From the NCBI GenBank assembly GCA_044344255.1, contig JBIJDH010000004.1:1-64000 (forward strand): DNA of 64,000 nucleotides, read 5' to 3'. This document shows positions 9,582 through 19,315 of this stretch, in pieces (position 1 is the first letter of the stretch; each line of letters begins with the position of its first letter). The stretch comes from Myxococcota bacterium. Its GTDB lineage: Bacteria > Myxococcota_A > UBA796 > UBA2385. The position numbers were made by a program, and so were the translations under genes. Under the pieces are notes generated by a model. It was given only the letters and a program-made list of their open reading frames with translations. It ran no database searches and had not been told where the DNA came from.

Positions 9582-9969
9582 GCAGGACCTCGGCGGGCGC
9601 AGGCTTGGGGACACGGCCGGTCACCCGCGCCCCGAGCACGCCGATGAGCGCGTAGTCGGTGCAGGCGGTGTGGGCGAGCACCTTGGGTGGGGGCTCGATG
9701 CGGTCAATCTCGTCGAGCAGCACGAGGCCGCCGAGGTGCTGGACGGTGTCCTGATACCGGCGAGCGCGGGGTCCGAGGGTGTCCCGCAGCCCCTCGCCGA
9801 GGGGGATGAAGATGTCGGTGACCACGAGGTCGATCGGGGCCCCCTGGAGCACCTCCACGGCCGCCTCCACGGTGTCGACGACGATCACCTCGGCCCCCAG
9901 CACCTCGGCGATGACACGGCTCGTAAAGGCCACATGCTCGGGGTCGTCGTCGATGAACAGGATTCGCAT
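9538..9969 (-). CDS. Single-domain response regulator (receiver only)
   Basis: MRILFIDDD, VVTDIFIP (phospho-Asp), HTA, PKP; insertion after the Asp loop. Confidence 0.85.
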   Translation of the reverse strand: MRILFIDDDPEHVAFTSRVIAEVLGAEVIVVDTVEAAVEVLQGAPIDLVVTDIFIPLGEGLRDTLGPRARRYQDTVQHLGGLVLLDEIDRIEPPPKVLAHTACTDYALIGVLGARVTGRVPKPAPAEVLLRAVLEALDLPVPG

Positions 9970-10009
9970 GGGCGGGCCCCTCCGGAAGAGCTGAGGTATC
10001 ATCCCGCCC

Positions 10010-11239
10010 ATGGGTCGGTCCGGCTCCTTCTGCGTGCTCATCCTCGCCGGCTTGCCCGGGTCCTTCAACCTCGCGGGTTGTTCGGGCAAGGGAGAGGGGC
10101 AACCTTCCGATTCGTCCACGTGGGTATGGGGCGACGGTCGGGACCCTGCGATCCGCCTCCGCTGGCTGCCCGTGGGCCCCGAGGAGGACTGGGACTCGGC
10201 CCGTGCGGGCCTCTGGTGGTCCCTGACCGCAGTGGGGGCCTTGCCCGTGGACGATCAGGCGCTCCAGGGGCTCGTCGAGGAGGGGGGAGGCGTCACCTTC
10301 ACCCTCGATCTTGACGAGATCGGCCACCCGAACTCGGACGCCCTCGTCGAGCCCCTGTCGGAGCTCCGGGACAGCGATGAGGCCCGGCACCTCGGCGCGG
10401 TCGACCTCGGGCGCTGGCTGATGCGCGCCGTGTACGAGCCGTGGCGGTACCTCGCGGCCACGGGGGCCTGCCGCTCGCTGGAGGGCTGGCGGCGGCGCCT
10501 CCCCACCTCCCCCACCGTCTTCGTGATCACCGACTCCCTCCTCGTCGAGACGGAGCGCGCGGTGTTGTACGACGCCGAAGCCTCGACCTACTCCGAGATC
10601 GCCTTCCTCACCGAGGAGGGGGAGGGCTCGATCGAGGGCGGGAGCTTCGAGGTCGAGCAGGTGGAGGTCCTCGACGTCATGGACAACGGCCGCGATCGGT
10701 ACGCGGCCTACGATCGGGAAGGGCGGCTCATCCCGAGCGCGGAGATCGCCGGGCTCCCCGGTCGCTGCGGCTGGTGCCACGAGGCCTCCCTCATCGGCAC
10801 ACGGCCCCAGCCCGAGGTGGGGGTCGGGGTGACCTACGAGGCCTTTATGGCCGATCTCCAGGCCCAGCAGGAGATCATCGACGCCCACCGCGCTCGGCAG
10901 GACACGGTGGCCCCGCTGCTCGACGGGGCTCGGGCCCATGAGTGGGCCGAGCGGCTGGTGGAGGGCTTCCTCCAGCCTACCGCCGCGCGGGTGGCCCTCG
11001 AGTGGGGCACCTCGGCCGCCGAGGTGGAGGCCGAGGCCTCCGCTGCCGGCCTCCGCTGGCACACGAACCTCGAGTACCCCGAGCAGGCGCCGGTGCTCTG
11101 GAGGGCGGAGGTGGACGCGCTGCTGCGCGCCCGCGCCCCCGGCTTCGAGCCGATACAGACGCTCCCCTCGGCCCGAGAGGCGCCGCCCGACTACGCCTTC
11201 GCCGAGCCGCCCCTCTCCTGGGTGGAAGACTGTCGCTGA
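10010..11239 (+). CDS. Hypothetical lipoprotein with a single CxxCH motif
   Basis: Lipobox LAGC; CGWCHE motif; globular acidic composition. Confidence 0.7.
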   Translation: MGRSGSFCVLILAGLPGSFNLAGCSGKGEGQPSDSSTWVWGDGRDPAIRLRWLPVGPEEDWDSARAGLWWSLTAVGALPVDDQALQGLVEEGGGVTFTLDLDEIGHPNSDALVEPLSELRDSDEARHLGAVDLGRWLMRAVYEPWRYLAATGACRSLEGWRRRLPTSPTVFVITDSLLVETERAVLYDAEASTYSEIAFLTEEGEGSIEGGSFEVEQVEVLDVMDNGRDRYAAYDREGRLIPSAEIAGLPGRCGWCHEASLIGTRPQPEVGVGVTYEAFMADLQAQQEIIDAHRARQDTVAPLLDGARAHEWAERLVEGFLQPTAARVALEWGTSAAEVEAEASAAGLRWHTNLEYPEQAPVLWRAEVDALLRARAPGFEPIQTLPSAREAPPDYAFAEPPLSWVEDCR

Positions 11240-12705
11240 GCCTCGGCGGGGAGCGCGCCCGCCCGCGGCCCTGCGGACGCGCCGCCCTCGGGCCCGCTCG
11301 ACCGTTGCTCCTGGTAGGCCTCGTCGGCGTTGACCGCCCAGACGTCGTGCGCCGCACCCTCGATGTTTTCAACGCTGAGCATCGCGGTGAGGATGCTGTG
11401 ATCCGAGTTGTTGTACTTGAACATCCCGTACCGACCCATCGGCGCGAGGTTCTCGAAGAGGCGCAGCCAGTCGGCGATGCAGGCGACGTTGGCCTCATAG
11501 CCGAGGGTATACATGGGGTAGGCCCGCGGGGCGCGGACCACCATCCCCTTCACCACCGGCGCGGCGCAGAGGCCGGTCTGAGCGAGCTCGCGCGTCGCCA
11601 GGGTGAGGAGCTCGGCGTCGGACATCTGCCACAGCGCGTCACCGTCCTCGGTGAAGTACTCCATCCCGAGCGCGCTCTGGCCCGTGTGCGGGACCATGTC
11701 GGGTGACCAGTTGCCGTAGTTCTGGATCCGACCCACGCGGAGCTCTGGACTGTGCACATACACCCAGTTGTCGGGGAAGATGTCGGCGCCCTGCACGACG
11801 AGGTTGACCGACACGAGGTGTCGAAAGCGGAGGGCCGCCGCGGCGCGCCGCACCGCCTCGGGCGCGGGGGGCTCGAGGGCGGTGATGAGGTGGTGGAGGG
11901 GGATCGAGGAGAGGATGTGGTCGGCCGTGTAGATCTCCCGCGCGCCGTCGGCCTGGCGGACCTCGACGGCCCGCACCTTCCCGCCGGCGTGCTGAAGTCG
12001 CACGACCTCTGCGCCGAGCGTGATGGCGCCGCCGTGGCCGAGGATCTGTTCGGCCATCCCCTCGTACATCTGCCCAGGGCCGTACCGAGGATAATGGAAC
12101 TGTTCAACCAAGCTCGTGATCGAGGCCGGTGTTCGGGAGAAGGCGGCGCGGATGGCGCCGCTGAGGGACAGGTTCTTGATTCGCTGGGACGCCCAGTCTG
12201 CGCTGATCTCATGGGTCGGGATGCCCCAGACCTTCTCGGTGTAGCTTCGGAAGAAGATGTCGAACAGACGATCGCCGAAGCGGTTGCTCACCCACTCTTC
12301 GAAGCTCTGCTCATTCCCGCGGCGACGGAGCCGGGCCCGCCCGAAGCTGGCGACGCAGCGCGCCGCCTCGACCGGGCCGAGGTTCCGGAGGGCGTTCGCC
12401 GGGCGGAGCGGGTAGTCGAAGAGCCGCCCCTGGTAGAGGATGCGGCTCTGGCGCGGTCGCAGGAGGAGCTCGTCGCCCAGCACATCTTCCCACAGGCGCT
12501 GCACCGCCGCGGTGCGGGTGAAGAAGCGGTGGCCGCCGATGTCGAAGCGGTAGCCCTCCCAGCGCACCGTGCGGGAGAGGCCGCCCACCTGCTGGTCTCG
12601 CTCGAGCACCTGCACAGGGCGACCTCGGCGGCTCCAGAGCAGCGCGGCGGCGAGGCCAGCGGGGCCGGCGCCGAGCACGAGCAGGGAGGATGGGGGAGGC
12701 GCCAT
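11191..12705 (-). CDS. FAD-dependent oxidoreductase (HemY/UDP-galactopyranose mutase-like family)
   Basis: VLGAGPAGLAAA dinucleotide-binding motif, DIGGHRFF, YPRYGPGQMYE, GRYGMFKYNNSDHS. Confidence 0.88.
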   Translation of the reverse strand: MAPPPSSLLVLGAGPAGLAAALLWSRRGRPVQVLERDQQVGGLSRTVRWEGYRFDIGGHRFFTRTAAVQRLWEDVLGDELLLRPRQSRILYQGRLFDYPLRPANALRNLGPVEAARCVASFGRARLRRRGNEQSFEEWVSNRFGDRLFDIFFRSYTEKVWGIPTHEISADWASQRIKNLSLSGAIRAAFSRTPASITSLVEQFHYPRYGPGQMYEGMAEQILGHGGAITLGAEVVRLQHAGGKVRAVEVRQADGAREIYTADHILSSIPLHHLITALEPPAPEAVRRAAAALRFRHLVSVNLVVQGADIFPDNWVYVHSPELRVGRIQNYGNWSPDMVPHTGQSALGMEYFTEDGDALWQMSDAELLTLATRELAQTGLCAAPVVKGMVVRAPRAYPMYTLGYEANVACIADWLRLFENLAPMGRYGMFKYNNSDHSILTAMLSVENIEGAAHDVWAVNADEAYQEQRSSGPEGGASAGPRAGALPAEAQRQSSTQERGGSAKA

Positions 12706-12812
12706 GCGGCGCGATGATGCCACAGGCCCGGCGGGGATGTAAGCGGTGCCCCCCACGCGGGACCCTGGGCTCGCCAGGCCTCTCGCCGCGAGTGGGGTGG
12801 TGAGGAGCCCGG

Positions 12813-13247
12813 ATGAAGTCGCTCTGGTTGATGATCCCGCTCGGAACGGGGCTGCTGATCCCGGTCCTCGTGCAGATGAACCTGCGGATGGCCCGGTCCA
12901 TCGGCGACATGGAGGCGGCGGTGCTGCTGCACGCCGTCGGCGTCGTCGCCGGGGTGGCGTGGATGGGCGTCGGGCTCCGCGGCGCCGGCTTTGGCGGGGT
13001 GGGCGCGGTCCCGTGGTGGGCCTGGCTCGGTGGCGTGATCGGCCTCTCCGGGATGGCGGCGATGAACCGGGCGATCCCAGAGGTGGGAGTGGCTTCGGCG
13101 GTGGCGGTCAACGTCGCCGCTCAGCTCGTCGCGGCCCTGCTCTTCGAGCAGTGGGGCCTCCTTGGCGCCGAGCTCCACGTCGCCACGCCCTCTCGCTGGT
13201 TGGGGGCAGCCCTGCTCGTGCTCGGCGCCTGGCTGATCCACCGCTGA
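12813..13247 (+). CDS. DMT family (YdcZ/DUF606-like) transporter
   Basis: Five hydrophobic helices, PWWAWLGG, AQLVAALLFEQWGLLG. Confidence 0.85.
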   Translation: MKSLWLMIPLGTGLLIPVLVQMNLRMARSIGDMEAAVLLHAVGVVAGVAWMGVGLRGAGFGGVGAVPWWAWLGGVIGLSGMAAMNRAIPEVGVASAVAVNVAAQLVAALLFEQWGLLGAELHVATPSRWLGAALLVLGAWLIHR

Positions 13248-13336
13248 ACGGCGACCTCCAACGCCGGGGCTGGCCGGGCACCCTTCCGATCGGAGAGCAC
13301 CTCCGATCAGGTAGAGTGAGGGCCGGAGTGCGGCAC

Positions 13337-15079
13337 ATGCGCGGATGGCTGTTCGTGACCCTGGCGGGCTGTAGCGCCTCGGGGCGCCTTGAGATGAAGG
13401 CAGAGGCTCCGCTCCCCGTGACCGACTCCGGCCAGGGGGAGGGCGGCGACGGCGGCGGCGGCGACGGTGTGGTGCCCGACGAGGACTCCGGCGGGGCCGT
13501 CCCCGAAGACGCGCCCCTCGAGGCGCTCGGCGCGGCGCGGTCCGATCTCGTCTTCACGCCCGCGGGAGGCACATTCGTCGGCTCGGTGACCGTCGACATC
13601 GGCACCACCGCCGGCGGCACCGTGCGCTACACGACGAACGGCCTCGCTCCCTCGGGCTCTTCGGACGCCTGGTCGGCGCCCCTGACCGTCGACGCCCCGA
13701 CCACGATCTGCGCCTTCTTGCCGCCCGACGGTGAGGCCCGCTGTGAGACCTACCTCCCGGTGGAAGGGGAGGGGATCGACTTCACCTCCACCTTGCCGCT
13801 GCTCGTGCTGCACACCTACCGCGCGGCCCCCGAGTACACCGACCAGCCGGCGACCCCCATCACGGTCACCCTGCTCGAGCCAGGCGAGTCGGGTCGCACC
13901 TCGCTCGTCGGCACGGCCACGCTGAGCTCACGCGGTGGGCTCGAGGTTCGCGGCTCGTCGTCGGCGGGCTTCCCCAAGCGGCCGTACTCGCTCGAGCTCT
14001 GGGAGGGGGCGGGGGGCCTCGATCGGGACGAGCCCTTGCTCGGCCTCCCCGCGGACGGCGACTGGATCCTGTACCCTCCCTACGCCTTTGACCCGTCGAT
14101 GATGCGAAACCCCTTCATCTACGACACCTCGAATGAGATCGGTCGGTGGGCGCCCCACACCCGCTTTGTCGAGGTCTTCGTGGCCGACGAGGGGGAGACG
14201 GTGGGCGCTGAGGACTATGTCGGCGTCTATGTCCTCACCGAGCGAATCGAGCGGGGCTCCGATCGGGTCGACGTGCAGAAGCTGGCGGCTACCGCCCTCG
14301 CGGAGCCGGAGGTCAGCGGCGGCTACATCTTCAAGTGTGATCGAACGGGGGCCGGGGAGTACGGCTTCTATGCGGGTGATGGCGGAGGAGTGTTCAGCTT
14401 CGGCGAGCCCTTTGTCTATGTTTATCCAGGGGAGGAGATCATCAAGGCGGAGCAGGCGAGCTGGCTCTCCGACTACATCGATGACGCAGGGGAGGCCGTC
14501 GTCGCCTCCGACCACGTCGATCCGTCGAGCGGCCTGCACTACCGTGAGATCATCGACGTCGACAGCTTCATCGACCACCACATCCTCAACACCTTCGTCA
14601 AGAACCCCGACGCGTTCCGCCTCAGCGGCTACTTTCACAAGGATCTCGAGGGCCTCCTCGTGGCCGGACCGATCTGGGACTTCGATCGTGCCATCGGGGC
14701 GAATTACGATGATCGGTCGGGTGATCCCAAGTGGTGGGACGCTACAAACTACACGAGCGACAACACATACGTCTTCGAATTTGGTTGGTACGCCGGCCTG
14801 TTTGAGGATGAAGAGTTTCGCGAGGCCTGGTGGGACCGCTATCGAGAGCTGCTCGACGGACCGCTCTCCGTCGAGGAGATGAACCTCCGCATCGACGCCT
14901 ACGAAGCTGAGCTCTCCGAGGCCGGGCCGAGAGACCTCGCCCGCTGGCCCGAGTACCCCGCGCGCGGCTCCTGGTCGGACGAGGTGGCCTTGATGCGTCG
15001 CTGGCTGGAGCAGCGCCACGCTTGGATCTCGGCCTGCGTCGATCGTCGCCCCGCGGACCCGCGCGACTGCACCGGCTGA
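13337..15079 (+). CDS. CotH kinase family lipoprotein with an Fn3-associated/chitobiase-like domain
   Basis: Lipobox LAGC; FTPAGG...VRYTTNG; RGSSS, PKRPYSLE, DGDWIL, GPIWDFD. Confidence 0.9.
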   Translation: MRGWLFVTLAGCSASGRLEMKAEAPLPVTDSGQGEGGDGGGGDGVVPDEDSGGAVPEDAPLEALGAARSDLVFTPAGGTFVGSVTVDIGTTAGGTVRYTTNGLAPSGSSDAWSAPLTVDAPTTICAFLPPDGEARCETYLPVEGEGIDFTSTLPLLVLHTYRAAPEYTDQPATPITVTLLEPGESGRTSLVGTATLSSRGGLEVRGSSSAGFPKRPYSLELWEGAGGLDRDEPLLGLPADGDWILYPPYAFDPSMMRNPFIYDTSNEIGRWAPHTRFVEVFVADEGETVGAEDYVGVYVLTERIERGSDRVDVQKLAATALAEPEVSGGYIFKCDRTGAGEYGFYAGDGGGVFSFGEPFVYVYPGEEIIKAEQASWLSDYIDDAGEAVVASDHVDPSSGLHYREIIDVDSFIDHHILNTFVKNPDAFRLSGYFHKDLEGLLVAGPIWDFDRAIGANYDDRSGDPKWWDATNYTSDNTYVFEFGWYAGLFEDEEFREAWWDRYRELLDGPLSVEEMNLRIDAYEAELSEAGPRDLARWPEYPARGSWSDEVALMRRWLEQRHAWISACVDRRPADPRDCTG

Positions 15080-15311
15080 GGCGCCTCGCGGCAGGCGAGG
15101 GCCATGGGACCTGGCCCGCATCGAGATGCTCAGCCTTCAACGTGGACGCTCAGGGTATTTTGGGTTCTCGGTTTGACGGACGGGGATGGTCGCCATAGTA
15201 AGGCGGCGTCCCGGACAGACGGGCGCTGCGGCGGACGGGTCCCAACCCATCAAAGCAACGCTCATCCCTTGTAGGTTTTCGCCTTCAGGGGTCTCTCGAA
15301 GGCCACCTTGA

Positions 15312-15388
<77 letters not shown>

Positions 15389-15425
15389 ACTTTTTCGGTT
15401 TCAACGTCTCTCTCTTACACCCTGG

Positions 15426-15502
<77 letters not shown>

Positions 15503-15508
15503 ACTCCT

Positions 15509-15560
15509 GAACGGGGCCTCGTGATTCACGAGGCCCCGTTCTTCGTTTCGTTCTTCGTTT
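15509..15560 (+). terminator. Intrinsic terminator after the tRNA pair
   Basis: GAACGGGGCCTCGTGA-T-TCACGAGGCCCCGTTC followed by a T-rich tract. Confidence 0.88.
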
Positions 15561-15573
15561 TGATGAGGGCCGA

Positions 15574-16185
15574 TCAGGCCCGCCTCCGGCGCGCTGCGAT
15601 CACGTGCAGGGTGGTGGGGGCGAGGGTGCCGCTGTCGGCGGGTTGAAAGGCGCTGGGCGTTCGTCGGAGCAGTACGACCACGGGGAGCTCGCTGTCACCG
15701 TCCTCTTCGGCGCGGAAGGTGTGGCTCGGGCCGCGGCGAGCGGTGACGTGGGTGAGGGGGCTGGCGCTGGCGCTGGCGGTGGCGCTCGAGCAGGGGGCCG
15801 CCGGTGGCGTGGCTGTCGGCGTCTCCTGGAGCCGCTTGGACATCGCGCGGCGGCCGCGGCTGAACCAGTGCACGGCGCTGAGGAGGCCGAGGCTGAGGAA
15901 GATCACGGTGGCCCAGAGCCGGTCCGTGGTGTCGGTGGCGAGGTGGAGCTGACCCAGCGCGAACAGGGTGCACACGCCGAGCAAGGGGAAAACGAGGCCC
16001 CCGGTGGGCAGCAGCAGCCAGGGCAGCCAGCCCGGAGCGCTCACCTGGGGCAGGAAGACCGGCGTTAGGGTGACAGCGAGGGTGAGCAGCGCGGTGAGGC
16101 CGAAGAGGAGCACCGGGATGAGGTGGGCGAGGTCGAGCAGGAAGAGGGTGAGCGGGACGAGGTGCCGAGGGGCGCGGTTGGACAT
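15574..16185 (-). CDS. Hypothetical membrane protein (3-4 N-terminal TMs, low-complexity C-tail)
   Basis: Strong AGGAGG RBS before ATG 16185; hydrophobic helices; upstream sigma54-like promoter. Confidence 0.7.
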   Translation of the reverse strand: MSNRAPRHLVPLTLFLLDLAHLIPVLLFGLTALLTLAVTLTPVFLPQVSAPGWLPWLLLPTGGLVFPLLGVCTLFALGQLHLATDTTDRLWATVIFLSLGLLSAVHWFSRGRRAMSKRLQETPTATPPAAPCSSATASASASPLTHVTARRGPSHTFRAEEDGDSELPVVVLLRRTPSAFQPADSGTLAPTTLHVIAARRRRA

Positions 16186-16210
16186 GGGGAGCCTCCTGCG
16201 AGGTCTCCAT

Positions 16211-16226
16211 TGCAATCGCCGTGCCG
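16211..16226 (-). promoter_or_regulatory. Sigma54-type promoter (-24/-12)
   Basis: Minus strand CGGCAC-GGCGA-TTGCA vs consensus TGGCAC-N5-TTGCW, about 25 nt upstream of the start codon. Confidence 0.7.
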
Positions 16227-16255
16227 ACGTAATTTCAGACACTTACCTCCGACAT

Positions 16256-16274
16256 CTGTCCGAATTTCGGACAG
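16256..16274. promoter_or_regulatory. Perfect inverted repeat, candidate activator/repressor site
   Basis: CTGTCCGAA-T-TTCGGACAG in the divergent intergenic region. Confidence 0.55.
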
Positions 16275-16371
16275 GGGTGGTGGACTGTCGTCACCCCCTT
16301 CGGCACCCTGCTCCTGCACCGGCACCCGCAACGGCACACGGCCGCGCCAGTAGCCGGCCGCGGGGGGTGAG

Positions 16372-16881
16372 GTGAGCCCCTGGGGTCAACGAGTCGCCAC
16401 GGTCTTCCTGGCCTTTCATCTCCTGATGATGGCGGGGAGCCTGCTTGTGGACCTCCCGGTGGGCGCGGCGATCCGAACGCTCACCGGGCCCTATGAGCGC
16501 TTCGCGGGGGTGTACCAGGGTTGGGACATGTTCGCGCCGAACGCTCCTCGAGTGACCACTTGGGTCGAGGTCGAAGGACGGACGGCCGCCGGCGAGCGCG
16601 TGGCGCTGCCGTCCATCTCAGATGATCCGGATGATCGGAAGATAAACCTACGCTATTTGCGGCGGGACAAGCTCGGACGCAACCTTGCCCAAACCCACCG
16701 GGCGACCCTCCAGCGCAGCGCCGCCGATCGGGCCTGCGCGGTGTCCAAGGCGGAGGGGGCGCCGCTGCGCGCCGTGCACCTCGTGGCCCTCCGACGCAGC
16801 ACGCCGACCCCGGGCGCCCGCCGCGCGGGGGAGGCGCCGATCCTGAAGCGCGAGACCCTCTTGGAGCGCCGGTGTCGATGA
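16372..16881 (+). CDS. SdpA/DUF5819-like partner of an HTTM protein
   Basis: N-terminal TM with FH, QGWDMFAPNAP motif; ATGA overlap with the HTTM gene. Confidence 0.7.
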   Translation: MSPWGQRVATVFLAFHLLMMAGSLLVDLPVGAAIRTLTGPYERFAGVYQGWDMFAPNAPRVTTWVEVEGRTAAGERVALPSISDDPDDRKINLRYLRRDKLGRNLAQTHRATLQRSAADRACAVSKAEGAPLRAVHLVALRRSTPTPGARRAGEAPILKRETLLERRCR

Positions 16882-17825
16882 GCCAAGCCGAGGAGACGTC
16901 GCTGCGCGCCCGACTCACCGGGGCCTGGGGCACCTTCTGGTTCGCGCCGGTCGACGCCCACGGCCTCGGGCGGGCGCGGGCCCTGCTCGGGCTGATCCTC
17001 TCGGGCAGCTTGCTCCTCTCTTGGCCGGACGCCGAGGCGACGCTCGGCCCGGACGCCGTCATCTCGGTCGCCGCTGCGGTCGTGGCGGGGGCCCGAGAGC
17101 GCTTCAGCCCCCTCGATCACCTCCCGGACAACGCCTCCCTCCACCTCGCGTACGGGGCGCTCGTCCTGGTGGCGATCGCCGTGATGATCGGCTGGCAGAG
17201 CCGGCTGATGCTCCTGCTCGCCTTCCTCGGCCAGGTCGCCCTCCACCATCGCGATCCCTGGGTGCAGCACGGCGGTGATCGTCTCCTCCGGATCGGCACT
17301 CTCCTCCTCCTCCTCTCTCCGGCCGGCGCCGCGCTGTCGGTGGACGCCTGGCGGACGAGACGGCGGGAGCGCGCGGCGGGGCAGGGCGAACGCTCTGTGC
17401 TGGTGCCGATCTTCGCGCTGCGGCTCATCCAGGTGCAAGCGGCGGTGATCTACCTCGACACCGGGCTCCAGAAGCTGGCTGGAAGCACCTGGCGAGAGGG
17501 GACGGCGCTCTACTACGCACTGTCGAGCGGCAATTTTCAGCGCCTCCCGGCGGCCTGGCTGGAGCCGCTGTTGTCCTCCGCTGCGGGCCAGGGGCTGCTG
17601 CGCGCCTCCACCTGGCTCACGCTCGGCTGGGAGCTGGCCTTCGCGCCGCTCCTGCTCTTCGCGCCCACGCGGCGGGCGGTGCTGATCGTCGGCCTCTTCG
17701 TGCACACGGGCATCCTCCTCACGATGACGGTGGGCTCCTTCAGCCCGATCATGGTCTGGACCTACCTCGCCTTCTTTTGTCACCCCTTCCTTCGGCGCGC
17801 GGATCCGCTGGCCGCCGCTGGTTAG
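16878..17825 (+). CDS. HTTM-domain membrane protein (SdpB / vitamin K-dependent carboxylase-like)
   Basis: GGDRLL, ALSVD, QAAVIYLDTGLQKL.G.TW..GTALYY, WELAF, HTGI. Confidence 0.88.
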   Translation: MSQAEETSLRARLTGAWGTFWFAPVDAHGLGRARALLGLILSGSLLLSWPDAEATLGPDAVISVAAAVVAGARERFSPLDHLPDNASLHLAYGALVLVAIAVMIGWQSRLMLLLAFLGQVALHHRDPWVQHGGDRLLRIGTLLLLLSPAGAALSVDAWRTRRRERAAGQGERSVLVPIFALRLIQVQAAVIYLDTGLQKLAGSTWREGTALYYALSSGNFQRLPAAWLEPLLSSAAGQGLLRASTWLTLGWELAFAPLLLFAPTRRAVLIVGLFVHTGILLTMTVGSFSPIMVWTYLAFFCHPFLRRADPLAAAG

Positions 17826-17833
17826 CGGTGGCG

Positions 17834-19255
17834 ATGCGACCCACCCGCCGACATCTCCTCCGCTCCGGCCTCGCCTTCGGCTCCGTTCACGGCTGCGCCC
17901 TCCAGGTCGGCCGCGGCCTCGGCGCCTTCGCCCTCGGGGCCGCTGGGTCGGGCTGCGCCGACAAGGGGGACGGAGACTCGGGGGCGGGCGGTGGGGAGAG
18001 CCCGGCGCCGGCACGCCCCGCCGAACCCGAGACTTGGGGCGCACCCGGCGTCGAGGACAGCTCCGCCTTCCCGATGGGGGTCCAGACCGGCGACGCGACC
18101 GCCACCTCGGTGATCCTCCAGGTCCACACCACCGAGGCCGAGCTCGACGTGACCCTGATGCGGGCCGACGGCAGCGACGGGTGGGTCGAAGATCGGGTGG
18201 AGGTGGGCCTCATCGCCGCCGAGGGCCTGGTCCGGGTCGAGCTCGACGGCCTCCTCCCCGACACCGCCTACAACCTCGTGGCCCAGGTCCCCGGCGGTGA
18301 CCGCCGCAGCCGTGTCGCCCGCTTCCGCACCGCCCTCGATGACAGCGGGCACCGAGTGCTCACCCTCGGGGTGACGAGCTGCTTCAAGGAGAACCGGCCT
18401 TGGCCGAGCCAGAGCCTCGCCGCTCAGGAGAAGCTCGACGCCTACCTGCTGCTCGGCGACACCGTCTATGCCGACGGCGCGGTCCTCATCGAAGAGTATC
18501 GAGCGTTCTGGACCGAGTACCTCTCCACTCAGGGTTTGCTGGATGTCACGGCCAGCACGAGCGTCGTCGCGACCTGGGACGACCACGAGGTTGCCAACAA
18601 CTGGCACCCCGAAGACCTCCTCGAGGGGCAGCTCGAGACCGCCCTCCAGGCCTACCGGGAAGGGCTGCCCCAGCGGACGGGCCCCGGCGGCACGGGCGTT
18701 TGGCGGAGCCTCTCTTGGGGCCGGGTGGCCGAGCTCTTCGTGCTCGACTGCCGTGGCGAGCGCGAGGGGGAGACCCTCTACATCTCCGTCGAGCAGATGG
18801 AGTGGCTGAAGGCGGCCCTCCTCGCGAGCACGGCGCGCTTCAAGCTGATCCTCAACAGCGTCCCGATCACCGACATGACCGCGATGGTGGGCTCGCTCGG
18901 CGCCAATGACCGGTGGAACGGCTACCCGGCCCAGCGCAGCGAGCTGCTCGACCACATCATCGACCAGGGTGTCACGGGCGTGCTCTTCCTCACCGGCGAC
19001 GTCCACTTCGGCCAGATCGGGATGGTCGACCCCGTGGGCGGGCCGGCGGAGCACCTCTGGGAGGTCTACTGTGGCCCGGCGGGAAGCTTCATCAACCCCG
19101 CCGCGGAGCTCTTCATCGGTGATCCGCAGTACCCCGTGCTCGTCTCCACCTGGAATTGGGTGCGGCTCACGCTCGATCCCGGGCTCGGGACCATCCGCGT
19201 GAACCACATGGGGGACGCCGGCGAGACGCTCTCCGACATGACGCTCAGCCTCTGA
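17834..19255 (+). CDS. phoD: Tat-exported alkaline phosphatase D (PhoD) family protein
   Basis: TRRHLL Tat signal; GVQTGD, LGDTVYAD, TWDDHEVANNW, LTGDVH. Confidence 0.9.
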   Translation: MRPTRRHLLRSGLAFGSVHGCALQVGRGLGAFALGAAGSGCADKGDGDSGAGGGESPAPARPAEPETWGAPGVEDSSAFPMGVQTGDATATSVILQVHTTEAELDVTLMRADGSDGWVEDRVEVGLIAAEGLVRVELDGLLPDTAYNLVAQVPGGDRRSRVARFRTALDDSGHRVLTLGVTSCFKENRPWPSQSLAAQEKLDAYLLLGDTVYADGAVLIEEYRAFWTEYLSTQGLLDVTASTSVVATWDDHEVANNWHPEDLLEGQLETALQAYREGLPQRTGPGGTGVWRSLSWGRVAELFVLDCRGEREGETLYISVEQMEWLKAALLASTARFKLILNSVPITDMTAMVGSLGANDRWNGYPAQRSELLDHIIDQGVTGVLFLTGDVHFGQIGMVDPVGGPAEHLWEVYCGPAGSFINPAAELFIGDPQYPVLVSTWNWVRLTLDPGLGTIRVNHMGDAGETLSDMTLSL

Positions 19256-19315
19256 GCAGGCCTCGCCGGTGAGCGGCCGTGGCGGGGCTCGACCGTCGCC
19301 GAGCCCCGCGGCGGC

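Noticed and set aside
12746..13336. N-terminal extension of the 777-aa CotH ORF
   Set aside because: Overlaps the DMT gene in another frame; the real signal peptide begins at 13337
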